From Lama guanicoe (lineage: Eukaryota): DNA of 64,000 nucleotides. Under the pieces are notes generated by a model. It searched no databases, was not told where the DNA came from, and saw only the letters and a list, made by a program, of their open reading frames with translations. Below are positions 48,751 through 61,300 of this stretch, one piece after another. The stretch spans positions 5,062,167 to 5,126,166 of the forward strand of contig MU054001.1 in NCBI GenBank assembly GCA_013239625.1, given 5' to 3'. The stretch's first letter is position 1. Every line of letters begins with the position of its first letter. A program made the position numbers and the translations under genes.

Positions 48751-49319
48751 CTGTCTCCCAAGCATTCATTGCCTATTCCTCCAGTTCAGTCCCTGGCTTT
48801 GATTTGGGGATGCATCCCTCCAGGTCAAAGACAAGACGACTTCAGTGGTGGGTCAAAGGAGAGCAGATAATTTGATCCCATCCTGTTGGAGTAAACGTCA
48901 AGAGCTTCTGTAAAGTGGGTAAATGACTGGAGCACCTGGCTGCCACCTTGTTACCAGGTAAAGCCTGAGATTCGAGCCAACTTGGAGGAGAGGAGTACAC
49001 ATATATACAAACCCCATGCATTCATGCATGCGCGCACACACATACACACATATGGATATATGAACAAATGAACAAAATTCCCCTTCCCCCATGAAGTCTC
49101 CCCAGCCTACTCCACCCACACCCATCTCTTCCTTCCTCTCAGTTATCCTCACTGCGTCCAACATAAGTTCCCACAGCTGTATGCTTCACCAGCTCTACTC
49201 CCTTCCTGGGTACCTCTCATCGACTGAACATGATTACAATTTCCATTGTGGATGAGATCCTAATTCCTCTGCCTATAAACGCTTTCTTTTCATGTGAGAG
49301 GGAGAGAGGGAGAGAGGGA

Positions 49320-50160
49320 ATAACATGTGCTGGGTAGTGTGCTTAGCATTGAACAGTCTGAACAGTACAAAGTTTTGCCTTCAGGGGGCTTACATTTTGG
49401 TGAGGGGAGACAGATCAAAAAAACCAGACAAAGTAATTGTCAGGTTGTAATGAATGCTAGGAGAGAAATAAACAACAACAAAAAATCATGAGAAGGCCCT
49501 CTTTGGTATAAAGAGCTCAAGAAGACCTCTTGGGGGAAGTGGCATTTAAGCTGATATGCAAATCATGACAAGGGTCCAGGTGAAGAGCCAACCTAAGGGG
49601 CATCCAGGCAGGGGAAACCGTGTGTGCTAGGGAGCCGGAGTGAGGACGAGTTTGGTGTGTTAAAGGAAAGTGAGGGAGAGAGTCCTGCATAACGTGGATG
49701 GAGAGTTAGGCAAGGGTTAGATCATGCAGAGCTTTACTGGTTGTGATAAATAGTTTTGATTTTTTTCCATGAGAAATTGGAAAGCACTGAAGGGTCTTGA
49801 GCAGAGAAGTAACATGACCTGATTTGTGTTATTATATCACTCTGTCTATTGTGGGAAGAATAAGCTATAGGGAGCAGGAGAAGGTGTTTGAGGGTCATTT
49901 AAGAAGCTTCTGGATGAAATATGATAGTCCAGAGCAAATTTTTAGGAATGGTGATAATCATACATATTTGAAATCTCTTTGGAAATAGAATAAACCTGAC
50001 TAGTCTGTGGATTAGGAATTGAGGAAAAGCGCAGAAGCAAGGATGTCTCCTAGGTTCTGGCACCAGCATCTTGGTAGGTGATGGTTCCATTTACTGAGAT
50101 GTGATGAGAGGACAGGCAAGTGTGCTTGGCAGTAGGGGGACCATGAGTTCAGCTTGAAGA
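49320..50160 (-). mobile_element. L2 LINE fragment
   Basis: gggggaagtggcatttaagctga; ggaaagcactgaagggtcttgagcagagaagtaacatgacctgattt; ggttccatttactgagatg. Confidence 0.8.
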
Positions 50161-50651
50161 TTTGGAGTGGGCCTGGTAAGACCAAATGACTGGGACAAGG
50201 GAAACTATGAAGGTGCTTGGGTTCAGAAGGGAGGATAAGAAGGTGACTGGTACATGTTGGTATTTGAATATGGTTGAGCCAGAGCCTCAAATGGTTTTGA
50301 TTAACCATGGGATTTAGCCATGTAACATTTGCTCAGATAAACAGGGCTTGATTTGTGCTAGGGGAAAAGTATTTGGGGAGATTTGATCAGTAATTCTTTC
50401 CATGCAGTTAAACACAGCAGCCCAAGAGTGAGCGATGGCATAATTTAATAATGCACAACATGCCACTGAGATGCAGTCTGGCTAACAGGAGTGATTAATA
50501 GCCACACACTGCATCTGTGACTTGCTTTCAGTGATGCTATGGGGAAGAAGAAGACAGAAATTCCTATTATGCTATGACAACAAGGTCTAGACTTTTGTAA
50601 TTGCTGCCATATCAGGCAAGATCCATGGTGCATACAGCAAGATCCCAAATT

Positions 50652-50654
<3 letters not shown>

Positions 50655-50682
<28 letters not shown>
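50655..50682. repeat. (AC)14 microsatellite
   Basis: Directly visible. Confidence 0.95.
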
Positions 50683-51734
50683 CTCACAACCTTTGCAAGA
50701 TCAGAAAACCTAAGTAAGCCAACTGTTCCAGGTCTTAGTTGGATACAGTAGATGACTGAGTATAGACAAGTGGCATCAGGAAACTCAAATTTTAGTCCCA
50801 TCCCAGCCAGTAAGTTTCCTCCGTGTGATTTCTGACCACTTAATATATCCTTTAAGTCTGATTTGCTCACCCATTCTTTCAGAAAGTGTTTGTCGAGTAC
50901 CAACTACATACCAGGAAGGGTGACAGCACAGTGGATATTGTGATGATCATTACACACTTGGTTTCTGCTCTCATGGAGCTTACAAGTCTAGTTGACTAGT
51001 CAAGTGCCAATGTCTCTACCTGTTCGATGAGACTAGATGTCGTTCCAAAGTCCTTTTTATTTGCAAACTTTCAAAAGTTAAAAGTAGACAGTACAACTTG
51101 TAAACTATTCTGAAGGTTTTTAATTAATCTTATTTAAAGTATCTATTAAATTTTTTCTGATTATAAAAGTGATATTTTCTCCCTGTAAAACCCAAAACAT
51201 GACTGGAAATGTATCAGGTAGTAAATGAAATTCCCTATTACAAAATTCTCTGCTGAAAAGGGGAAAATTGTTACCATATTTAAGCCGTCGAACATCTACA
51301 TTTTATTTATGTCTTAACATTCCCCAAATCATAATGTGTTCAATAATCTTTATTGGCAGACAGCAGTCATTATGTGGTTGTCAGTGTTTATGTATTCCAT
51401 CAAAGCTTGTAGCAGAGGTGATGACAGCCTGGAAGAATTCTGTAGATAATAATGCAGCATTATTTTAATAAATTCTCTATCAGCAAGCCTCTTAATGGCA
51501 AAGAAGACATGATCGTCTGGACAAACAGCAGCACTGATGGTTCAGAGATCAAAAGTGATTCAACCAGATTCGAACTCCAAATGCAAAGAAATTTCAGGAA
51601 TACCTAACCTATTTGAAGCATGTAGGTTATATTTTTATGTATGTTCAAAGTTATATTTGATTTTCACATCTAAATATGTACAAAATCAAGCTTTTAGTAT
51701 TATAAAACAACCATTTTAAGTTATAGGAAAACAT

Positions 51735-54200
51735 TGTGGGGCTTATCTCAGGAATGCAAGGCTGGCTTCACAGAATATAAGGTAAAAAAAAGCCCTATGA
51801 TCCTTTCAACAGATGCAGAATAAGCATTAAGAATTCAAAATCAATTTCTGATCAAAATTCCCAGTCAACTACAAATAGAAAAGATCTTTTTCAATCGAAT
51901 AAAGGACATCTACCAAAAAAAAAAAAAACCAAAAAACCTACAGCTAATGTCATACTTAGGGTGAAATACTGAATGCATTTTCTTTAAGAAGGCAAGATGT
52001 GCCTACTCTCACCACTGCTATTTAGTACAGCACTGGAGGTCCTAGCTAGTGCAGTGAGGTGAGTAAAACAGATAAAAGTTTGAAAGACCAAAAAGAAAGA
52101 AGCAAAACTGTAGTTATTTGCAGATGACATAATTGTTTAGATAGAAAATCCCACAGAATCTATAAAAAACACTGCCAAAACTAATAAACGCATTAGGAAG
52201 TTTGCAGGACACAAAGTTAATACACAAAAGCCAAATGGATATTTATATACTAGCAGCAAACAATTAGAAATAAAATAAAAAAATAAATTCTATTTAAAAT
52301 CGTGTCAAAACGTACCATAGTTAGGAATAAATTTAATAAGCAAGTTCTCTACACTGGAAACTAGAAAACATTGTTGAGAGAAATTAAAAGATGTCCAAAG
52401 AAACTGTGAACTAGACCATATCCAGGGATGAGAAAACCCAATACTGTTAATAAGTAAGTTATCCTCAAATCATCCTAAAGATTCGATGCAATCCCAAAAA
52501 TTCCAGTAGAATTTTTTATTTTTCTGGTAGGAACAAGAAAGCTGATTGTGAAATTTATGTAGAACTTCGAAGACCTAAAATATCCAAAGTAATGTTGAGA
52601 AAGAACAAAACTGAAGGAATTCTACCTGATTTCAAGACTTAGCTACAGAAATAAAGGCATTGTGGTATTGACATAATGATTGACAAATAATCAATGAAAT
52701 GGAATAGAGAATCCACACTTATCCAATCATTTAATTTTTCAACAAAGGCAACAAAGCAGTCAGATAGATAAATAAAAGTCTTTTTGACCAATTGTATTGG
52801 GAGAGCTCTACATTCATGTTAGTGACTACAATTCCTACCCCTTGTCAATAACAAAACTCATTCAAGATGTGCCTTAGATGTAAATGCAAAAGCTAAAACC
52901 ATAAAGCTTTTAGAGAAGTAGGCACAGATTTTATAAGCTGGTCACAGAAAGCAATTTTAATAAGAGAAAAAAAATCTTTAGAATTTATCAAAATTAAACC
53001 TCTGCTCATCAAAATGTAAACTTAAGAATATAAAGAGGCAAGCCACAGATGAGAAGAAAATGTTGCAAAACGTTATCTGAAAAAGAACTGGTATTCAGGA
53101 TACATAAATAACTCCTATTACTCAATAATAAAAAAGACAAACCACCTAATTAAAAATGGACAAAAGATTTGAATTGACACTTCACAAAAGAAGATATATG
53201 AATGGCGAATAAACACATGAAAAATGGACAACATCATTAGTCATCAGGGAAATGCAAATCAAAACCATAATGAGATACCACTTCATAGCTATCAGAATAG
53301 CTAAAATTAAAAAGACAGACAACATCAAATTTTGGAAAGGTTGTGGAGCAACTTGAACCCTCATATATTGTTGCTGGGAATATAAAATGATATAATGATT
53401 CTTGGAATGGGCTGGCAGTTTCTTACACAACTAACATACTGCCCATGACCCAGTGATCTCACTTCTGTTTTTGCACAATAAATAAAAGAATATATCCACA
53501 AAAAGATTTGTACATGGATGTTCATGGCAGTTTTATTCATAATAATTATAACTGGAAACAGCCTATATCCACCAACAGGAGAATGGATAAACAAATATTC
53601 ATTGAATATTCATTCAATGCTATATTACTCAGCAATAAAAAGAAATAAATTACCAAACACATGCAACAAAATGGATGAGTCTCAAAAATGTTATTCTCAG
53701 TGCAATAAGCTTTACATAATAGTGTGTGCACTATATAATTATTCATATGAAATTATAGAGCAGACCAAACTTATCTACAGTGGGGGAAAAATCAGAACAA
53801 TGATTGCCTCTTAGGGAAGGGGGTAAAAATTTCCTAGGAAGAGCCAAGAGTGTACTTTCTCATGGTGAAGGCAATATCTTGATAGGGGCTTGGGGTGCAC
53901 AGGGGTACGTACTTGTTAAAGATTATGGAATGCACTTAAGACCTGTGCATTTCATTTGTGTGTAAACAAAATGCTGAACTCTAATTAATGAAATCCTTGC
54001 TGAACTTTAAAGGGGGAGATATATGAAGTCTTCAATTTACTTTGAAGTACCCAAATAAGATGGATTAACGGGTAAATAGGTAAGTGATAAAACCAGCATA
54101 GTAAAATGTTACTGGCAGACTCTAGATACCTTGGTTCACTGTAAAATTCCTCTAACTTTACTGTATGTTTGAATATTTTCATCATAAAATGTTGGCAATC
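51735..54200 (+). mobile_element. Old 5'-truncated L1 (L1ME/L1MD-class): ORF2 RT region to 3' UTR
   Basis: tatttgcagatgacataattgt (FADD motif); MFMAVLFII..PTGEWINK ORF2 C-terminal remnant at 53518-53814; 3' UTR ends ctgtatgtttgaatattttcatcataaaatgttgg. Confidence 0.92.
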
Positions 54201-55319
54201 AAAGAATGCTAAAACATTTTTTGAAAAAGGAAAAAATCCAGGGCTGTCATTGACTTTGTGGGTGACCTTGAGGTCTCTGAGTCCCTCAGAAGCATAGAAA
54301 GGATACATAACCTTCTGTGTGTGACTGAGAGCTTTGCAGACCCTTAAGGGCTTTGCCCATGTTGGTCAGTGAACTTTGAACAGGCTGAAAGCATCCTGTG
54401 TCAGTGTCTACCCCACCCCCACCCTGTATCTCATTCCTCCCCCTCAGCCCTAGAACGGCTTTGATGACCACATAAAATAACCAAACAGCAGACACAGACG
54501 GCACTTTACAGAACATGGCTTAAAAACTCCCCGATTACATATTTACTTCAAACCCGTCAGAAAGTAGATGGCTGCGGGTCTATAATGAGGGCTGTTTGAA
54601 AGTCAAGTGTTCAGCAAATTTGGCCAGCGGGCACTTAGGGAGTTCCAACCTCAGAATTACCAAGTATAGTAATTCACCAGGAGAATCTTCTCTTGCCTGC
54701 TGTATGCACTCCCGGCAAACCTCAGCCGGCCTAAGGAGATGCCATCTCTGCACCCTACCTGGAGCCCACATATCCTGGACCACAGGGCTTCTTGGGTTGA
54801 GCCCACCAAAGATGAGCTGGTACAGGGAGGAACAAATGCAAGGAAAAGCAGAGCCTTTGAGACTGAGGGGTTGCTCCAGTGTGCTTTCACTAAAAGGAAG
54901 TGGCAGTGAGAGCCAAAGTCTGCTTCTGGCTGGAATCGGGGTGGTGGGGCAGCTCTGGAAGTGGAGGGCAGAGCCATGGTTTATAGCTTTCTCCCTGTGT
55001 GATTTGGGGCAGGTCCCTTCCCCTCTCTTGACCCAGGCCCCATTTCTGCAAAAGGAGGGTGTTTAGGTTAGTTTGATGGTTTCCCAGCTGGGGACTCCTA
55101 AGGCTCTGTGATGTATTTGCAGTGTTCCTTCAGACCTAAGTGACATCATGCATCTAGGCGGCACTGCTTAGTGAAGCAGAGAGGACCATTGCTTGTGCCT
55201 GGAATTGTGTCCACTTAGTGTGGAAGCAGTGGTGGTCACCTGAAGATCTAAGGTTCTCATCAGCTCTATGTCTTTTAAAAAAAAATTTTAAATGTATTTG
55301 TTTCATGGGGCATGATATC

Positions 55320-55513
55320 GAACACTTGCAATGTATCAGATTCGTTGCTAAGTGCTCTGAGTGGATTATTTCATTTAACTATATGACCTTCACTCACAGG
55401 CATCGTTCCCATTTCACAGATGAGCAAACCAAGGTTTGGAGAGGCTGATACCTTGCTCAAGGCCCTCCAACTAGTAAGGAACTGAGCTCTGATTCCAGGG
55501 CTGTATTCTTTCT
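55320..55513 (-). mobile_element. MIR SINE (host of the SINE insertion at 55514)
   Basis: cccatttcacagatgagcaaaccaaggtttggagagg...cttgctcaaggcc...ctagtaag; resumes after 55710. Confidence 0.75.
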
Positions 55514-55710
55514 TCCTTTTTTTTTTTTTTTTAATGGGTTTTCTCTTTAAGTCCATACTTTGCTTTCCCTGTAGTCTCTAAATGTAATTGATAGGTAGTG
55601 GGTGTTCCATTCACATACGAAAATAAAAATGGAGGTACTGGGGATCGAACCCAGGACCTCGCACATGTTAAGCACATGCTCTACCACTGAGCTCTACACT
55701 GCCACCCCCA
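55514..55710 (-). mobile_element. tRNA-Ala-derived camelid SINE carrying a 90-bp internal insert
   Basis: Body aatggaggtactggggatcgaacccaggacctc...ctctaccactgagct (55628-55710); T16 tail 55517-55532; TSD ggctgtattctttct (55499-55513) / ggctatattctttct (55711-55725). Confidence 0.85.
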
Positions 55711-55849
55711 GGCTATATTCTTTCTACTCTACTACGTGGCCTCCAACTCCACAAAATCAACCCCACCACCCTAATACAACTCCTTGTCGGCATCTTGATA
55801 AATATATACCACACATTTTTACTTAAATACATACATGCTGTGTACATGT

Positions 55850-57150
55850 TTCATAAACTGAAATGTGAAAATGAGTTGTTAATAAATGCTGCTCGGGAAA
55901 AATGTTGGGGTAATGGGCAAAGAATAATAGAAGGTGTGCCAAAGTCTCCTGGTCAGAGAAACTGCTGGATGAATCAGCTGAAGTCCATAGCTTTCGTTGG
56001 CCAGACTGGCTACCGCTCAGACCTACACGCGCAGGTTGGTGGGGTCTGCTTTCAAACAATAGTTAACCTTAATACTTCTCCAAGGACCACTGTCTTGTTT
56101 CTAGGTTATGTTCAGTGGCTCTTTAAATTGCCAAACGGCTTCTCTCCACCTTGCACCAAGTCAAGAAGAAAACACAAAACACTTTTTCTCTCTGTGTGTC
56201 CTTAAATGCCAAGTTGAGCTCTGTGTAGGTTTTTATGGCCGTTATAAACCCTCTACCTCAGGCTTTCAACAGTGTCAGAGCTTCAGTTTGGCAGCACAAA
56301 CACGGGCGCCATAATAAAGCACGTCTTATTTGATATTATATTGTATCAGAAGCATTAAATACACATTAAAGGGGTGTTTTAAGGCTCTTTGCAGTAAGTG
56401 GCAGATGTTATGAATAATAACTTGCAAAATCCTTCTGAATTCTAAAAAGGTGTGTTCCATAAAGCTTTCATATAAATCTTTAATAGAGCTGAAACACATC
56501 CAGCCACGATTAGAGGAAATCTCTAATCGTATTAAACTATTAGAGATAAGTGAAGCAGGATTGGTAGCATCAAAAATAAAATAAAATAAAGCACGAAAAT
56601 GAACATATCATGGACATGAAGGATTTCCTGGTGAAACCTTTTGACGGCTCTTTCCTGGGGTGAGCCCCTCAAGTCTGTGCCACACACACAAACACATACC
56701 CAGTGCAAAACCCCAACTGCCATAATTCACCGAAATTTATGTAAATGAATATGCATTCCTTTATATGAAAAATCGGCAACATCTGCGCTCCATTTAAACA
56801 ACCTGATTTAATGGAGTCACCGAGAGATAAAGAGCAGGGCAGTGGGGGAATGACCTCATCCAGCCTCCCTTTAGAGTATCCCGAAAAACAAATAAAATAA
56901 AATATAGGTTACAGGCAAACTAAACAGCATTGAAAATATTGTCCCAGAGGACTCTGGCTTCCCAGGAAACAGAGGTGTTTAAGAGAGAGACAAGAGCCAA
57001 CTGCAATAAACTCTGGCTCAATAAAACTTAATTAACCCCTTGGGGCCTTTGCAAGCAAGCTTGTCAGCAGAGACAGAGCATGCGATCCCAGTGGCTGCCA
57101 CCAAGGGGTTAATCCGGACTTGCCAGATGACAGAATGCCAGACCTAAGGG
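55850..57150. promoter_or_regulatory. Long candidate conserved enhancer block with posterior HOX/CDX-type motifs
   Basis: About 1.3 kb with no recognisable common repeat, CpGs retained; TTTTATGGCC 56231-56240, CCATAAA 56457-56463, GCAATAAA 57003-57010, TCAATAAAA 57018-57026. Confidence 0.4.
57031..57113. repeat. Perfect 13-bp inverted repeat with TTAA-CCC...GGG-TTAA (piggyBac-like) architecture
   Basis: attaaccccttgg 57031-57043 and ccaaggggttaat 57101-57113 are exact reverse complements. Confidence 0.8.
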
Positions 57151-57274
57151 CACAAGTGACCCTGTGCACGTGCCCATGTGTGCACATACACGGACTCGCA
57201 CACACCAAACTTGGTCATGCATGGCTCTCACCTAACACTGGGAGGGTTGATTAACTTTGAGCCCAGAGTCTCCA

Positions 57275-57490
57275 AGTCACAGCATTTGAGGACCAGAGCC
57301 CCTTCTAAAGAATCTCATCCAAACCCCTAGAAAGCTGCAAATCGTCTCCCAGCCTCCATTTGAATACTTGTAGTGCCAGGATGCTCACTCTCTCCCATGG
57401 TAACCAGCCCCAACCCCGGGGTCAGTTGGACTGTTCTTTACACCTGTCTCCCCATGACCACCCACCAAGTTCCTGTGCTTTCTTTTTCTG
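57275..57490 (-). mobile_element. L3/CR1 LINE fragment
   Basis: cagcctccatttgaatacttgtagtgccaggatgctcactctctcccatggtaaccagccc resembles L3 antisense. Confidence 0.55.
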
Positions 57491-60149
57491 GGGGAGGTGA
57501 GGTTCATCGAGAATGAACCAAACCAAATCCAAGAGAAGTAACAAATGCTTACTTTTTGCTTGCTGGATGTCTGTTGTTTAGATTCAAACTCCTGCTCTGA
57601 TATTAGGGGTTGACTGGAAGTTAAGTTTTCAATATCACAAGAAAGAGACTATATGTCCACAAACACTGTACTGTTAGGTAGAAAGTGCTGACTGCTCCAG
57701 GAGCTAAGGGCTGGGGGACGTCAAAAGAAGATAGTGTTTCTTAATGGTCAATCAAAGGAGGCTTCATGGGAGAGGTGGCGTTTGATTTCAGGCCAGTGCC
57801 TCCGGAGGGGTGGTCTATGAAACTTAGGTGAGTTGGTTGCTGGGTTTGGTGGTGCCTGGCTTCATGGTCACTGCCATTCGTTATCAATTCATCTCATTAT
57901 ACCAAGGAGAAAGTGCTAGTATGTCTCAACATACGAGACAGCAGGCTCAGAGCCCTTGGCAGGAAGCTTCTGGCTAAAATTTAGCAAGTACTTTTGTTTT
58001 TCTGATACTGTTTTTTGTTTTTTTTTTAAAGCAAGTGGTATTATGGAAGTGTTATAAAACTTCTTTTCAAATAAATTAAAAATTTTTAAATGGTGAATTA
58101 ATTTGAAGAAGAATATCAAGTAAATAATATGGGTACTATGTGGTGAATCATGAGTGTGGTGTACATGCAACTGGGCTTTGGGAGGCAGACCCCGGTGGGC
58201 ATTGGAGCCCATGATGGTAAAAGGGTGCCCCTCTCCTCTCCTCACTTATCTGCCTCAAAGTGCTGCTGCCTTTGGAGGTGGCTGCAGGGAGAGTCAAATT
58301 TCTGTCTCCAGGCCCCTCCTTTCTCAGCCTGCCCCACAGAGTGTGTAGGAATCTGCAGCTCCAGGAGCCAGGCAGATCAAAGGTTTACAGCCAAGCTGCC
58401 TGAGGGCGCCCAGCCCACGGCAATAAAAGTGAGCTAATATTACCCTGCAGCAGGCAGGTTCTCCTGAGCACAGCAGATCTGCGGACCACAGCTCACCTAG
58501 GCAGCTCCCGAGGAGCAGGTGGGGCAGAGCCCAGTTGCGTCATCCCTGCCCATCTCAACGCACCAGAGACCCTGCCGATGCTCTGGCAAGGTTGGCTTTT
58601 CGGCCAGGGCAACCAAAGGAAGAGTCTCTGGTTACTCAGCCTTATTTCTGACCCTCCCACTGACTCACTCTGTGGTTTGGGTTCAGCCACCTGCCTTCTT
58701 GGGGCCCAGTTGGCATTTGTAGGAGGCAGGTTATTAAGGCAGTAATTAGCTTTGACACAGGGGTCAATTCATTCCAGAAAGAGTCCATTCAGCTTCTTGT
58801 TCAGCTCACAAATGGTGAAGTCTGGGATGGCCAGACAGAAGCACTTTCAGACTGTGATTCTACAGCAAAATCTCCAGCCAAGTCTCTTCTTTCTCTGTGG
58901 CTGCCCCACCTCTCAGCATATTGAGTGACAGCTTGACTGTTTCAGAGCCTGGGGGGAACTTCCTTCCTTTTGTTCTGCTTCTCAGCTTTTCAGCACAGCC
59001 GTCTAAGCCTATCTTTCTTCTCCTGCCTCATGGTTGGCCACTAAGTCCCTTTAAATTTCCCTCATTGTTCAGGGAGGTAGGACAGAGCTTTTAACTGTCA
59101 GGACCCACCTAAGCTCAAGGAACATGGCCTTAAAGGCTCCAGCTCTCACCAAGGGAGTGGAATGTGGGGGAAAGGCCGCAAGTGCAAACTGTCTTACCAT
59201 GGACCTTTGTCTGGTCCAACAAGTAGATGTGCTCCCAGACTTCTGTTCCATCTTGGATAATTGTACCTGAGATTTCTTATAGCCAGTGTCTCCTGGGAAT
59301 TCTGCCACTTCATCTTTGTAGTAAGGAAAATTGGTTTTTGCAAATAACTCAGTTTTAATCAAGTGCAAAGACTTCCAAGGAAACAGCAGTCCTGTCCCTC
59401 CCATAAGGTAACATGGTCCCATTGGCATCTCTTATAATATGGGGGAGAATATAAGTTATCTGAGAACATTCTAAGCTTTCTCCCTTCTCACCCCTTTACA
59501 AGCCATATCATAGTGTAAAAAGTTGCTTACTCTTTATGAATACATTTCCTTTCCAGATAATCATCTCTAACTAGATGGGTGATCTGGGACAGGTCACTTG
59601 TCCTATTAGAGCCTTAGTTTCCTCATCTGTAAAGTGAGTTGATTGAATTAGCACAGCCCATGGAATATATGTTAAAGTGACCTTAGAGGTTTTGTATCAT
59701 CCTTGAGTTCGTTGTTGACATTCCCCCAAGGCTCTGAAGTGGGAGTCACCACACATTCCCAGGAAAGTAAATCAGTTCTTGTTTCCAGGAGTTCTTAATG
59801 GCGAGGGTCTGACTCTCTCTGGATGGGTTAGTTACCCCTCACCCCAACCCCATGCATCCAGCCCAAAAGGAGCTTCTGAGTCAGACTAGGGGAGTTTACA
59901 GATAGTTTCTCTGAAGTCATTCTCAAGAATCAGGGCATCCCCAGAACTTCCTTTAATTGACCCATCATGGATGAAGTGCACCTGCCCATAGAGACATGAG
60001 AACAGAGTGGTGGTACCCTCTCCAGAGTGTGACTCTTCTTTGAGTCTCGTGAAGCATCCTGAGTGGTCCACACTTGCCCAGCTGAAACATCATGATATGT
60101 GCCCCTTGCAGTGCCCAGCAAAGTACAGTGGGTTCAATGAAGTTTCTGG

Positions 60150-60390
60150 GCTAAGCAGAGTTGTGTAGAAAGAAGGGCAAAGAGCATCAGCTGCTGTATA
60201 GGAAACCTTGGCTCTGATACCTTCATGCTATTTGGTCTGGGTCAGTGGTTAGCTTCTCTGGCTTTCACACTCCTGATCTGTAAAATGGCAGCATTAATAG
60301 CGCCTGCCTCAGCAGTTTCCCCCAAGGATCAATTGAGATAATATGCAACTGCTTAGTAAATTGTCAGGTGGTAACACATGTAATGGCTTT
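60150..60390 (+). mobile_element. MIR SINE
   Basis: ctcctgatctgtaaaatggcagcattaatagcgcctgcctc...aggatcaattgagataatatg. Confidence 0.65.
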
Positions 60391-61134
60391 TGTTCTTTGT
60401 CAGAGTGGGCGGGACTGTGCCAGCTCAGGTCCCCTCCGCCAGCCCCAAAGCCTCCTGAATGGACCAGTCTCAGTCAGTAACATTCCAACACATGGAAAAC
60501 AATGTGAGTGTGAAAGCTAATAACCAGATCAAGACGACAGGCATGAGGAGGGAGGCCAGCCTGGGAGATGTGTTATGAGCTGATCAGAAAGGAGAAAAGA
60601 AATAAAGTCATTAGCTTAATTAAGGGGCAGGAGGGAATGATGAAACACATCTCCAGCAAAACCAAATTAAGCATTTAGAAGATATTAAAAATGCATTTGA
60701 ACTCCACTGGTGCTCAGTTCTAATAACATTTTCTAGGGCTGTTGTCAGCCATCAAGTCAGTTTGAGATCAGAAAAGGTACCATTTCTCACTGTCTCAGGT
60801 CCCTGACAACCCCAGAAATTCTCCTAGCTAAATCTCCTGACTTTTCATCCCCTACTGTAGATATCTAGCCACTCTCTTCCCCAAGATTCCCCTGGGGCAG
60901 ACTATTACTGGCACAAACATTCAACTTTGGGCAAATCTGGCTGGTATTTCTATATTCCCGGAATCTTAATTTCTCAGGATTTAATTTCTTTAAAATTTTG
61001 TGTTCCCATTTTGAAGAGAATCTAGAAGATTTAATGTGATCATATGCTGGGTCAGTAGGATAACATCTTTACACGTTTGAATTTACATTTATCATTTTAT
61101 TAGTATGGAGACATAGTAGTATTAATACTACCAG

Positions 61135-61300
61135 TAGTAATATGGACATTTGTGACAGATATCTAGCATTCATTGAACATTTACTATGTGCTATGCACTG
61201 ATCTAAGGGTGTAATGTACCTCAATGCATTCCATATTAACTTTTGGTGAATTCCTCTAATGTTTTCAGTACCATTAGAGATGAGAAAATTGAGGCATTGG
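61135..61300 (-). mobile_element. MIR SINE
   Basis: agcattcattgaacatttactatgtgctatgcactg...gagatgagaaaattgaggca. Confidence 0.65.

Noticed and set aside
55150..55168. CTCF-like motif catctaggcggcact
   Set aside because: It mismatches the 5' core of the consensus; too weak without ChIP data.
59069..59428. 119-aa minus-strand ORF with an internal GTAAGA donor-like site
   Set aside because: No recognisable homology or domain and only a weak acceptor; not supportable as an exon.
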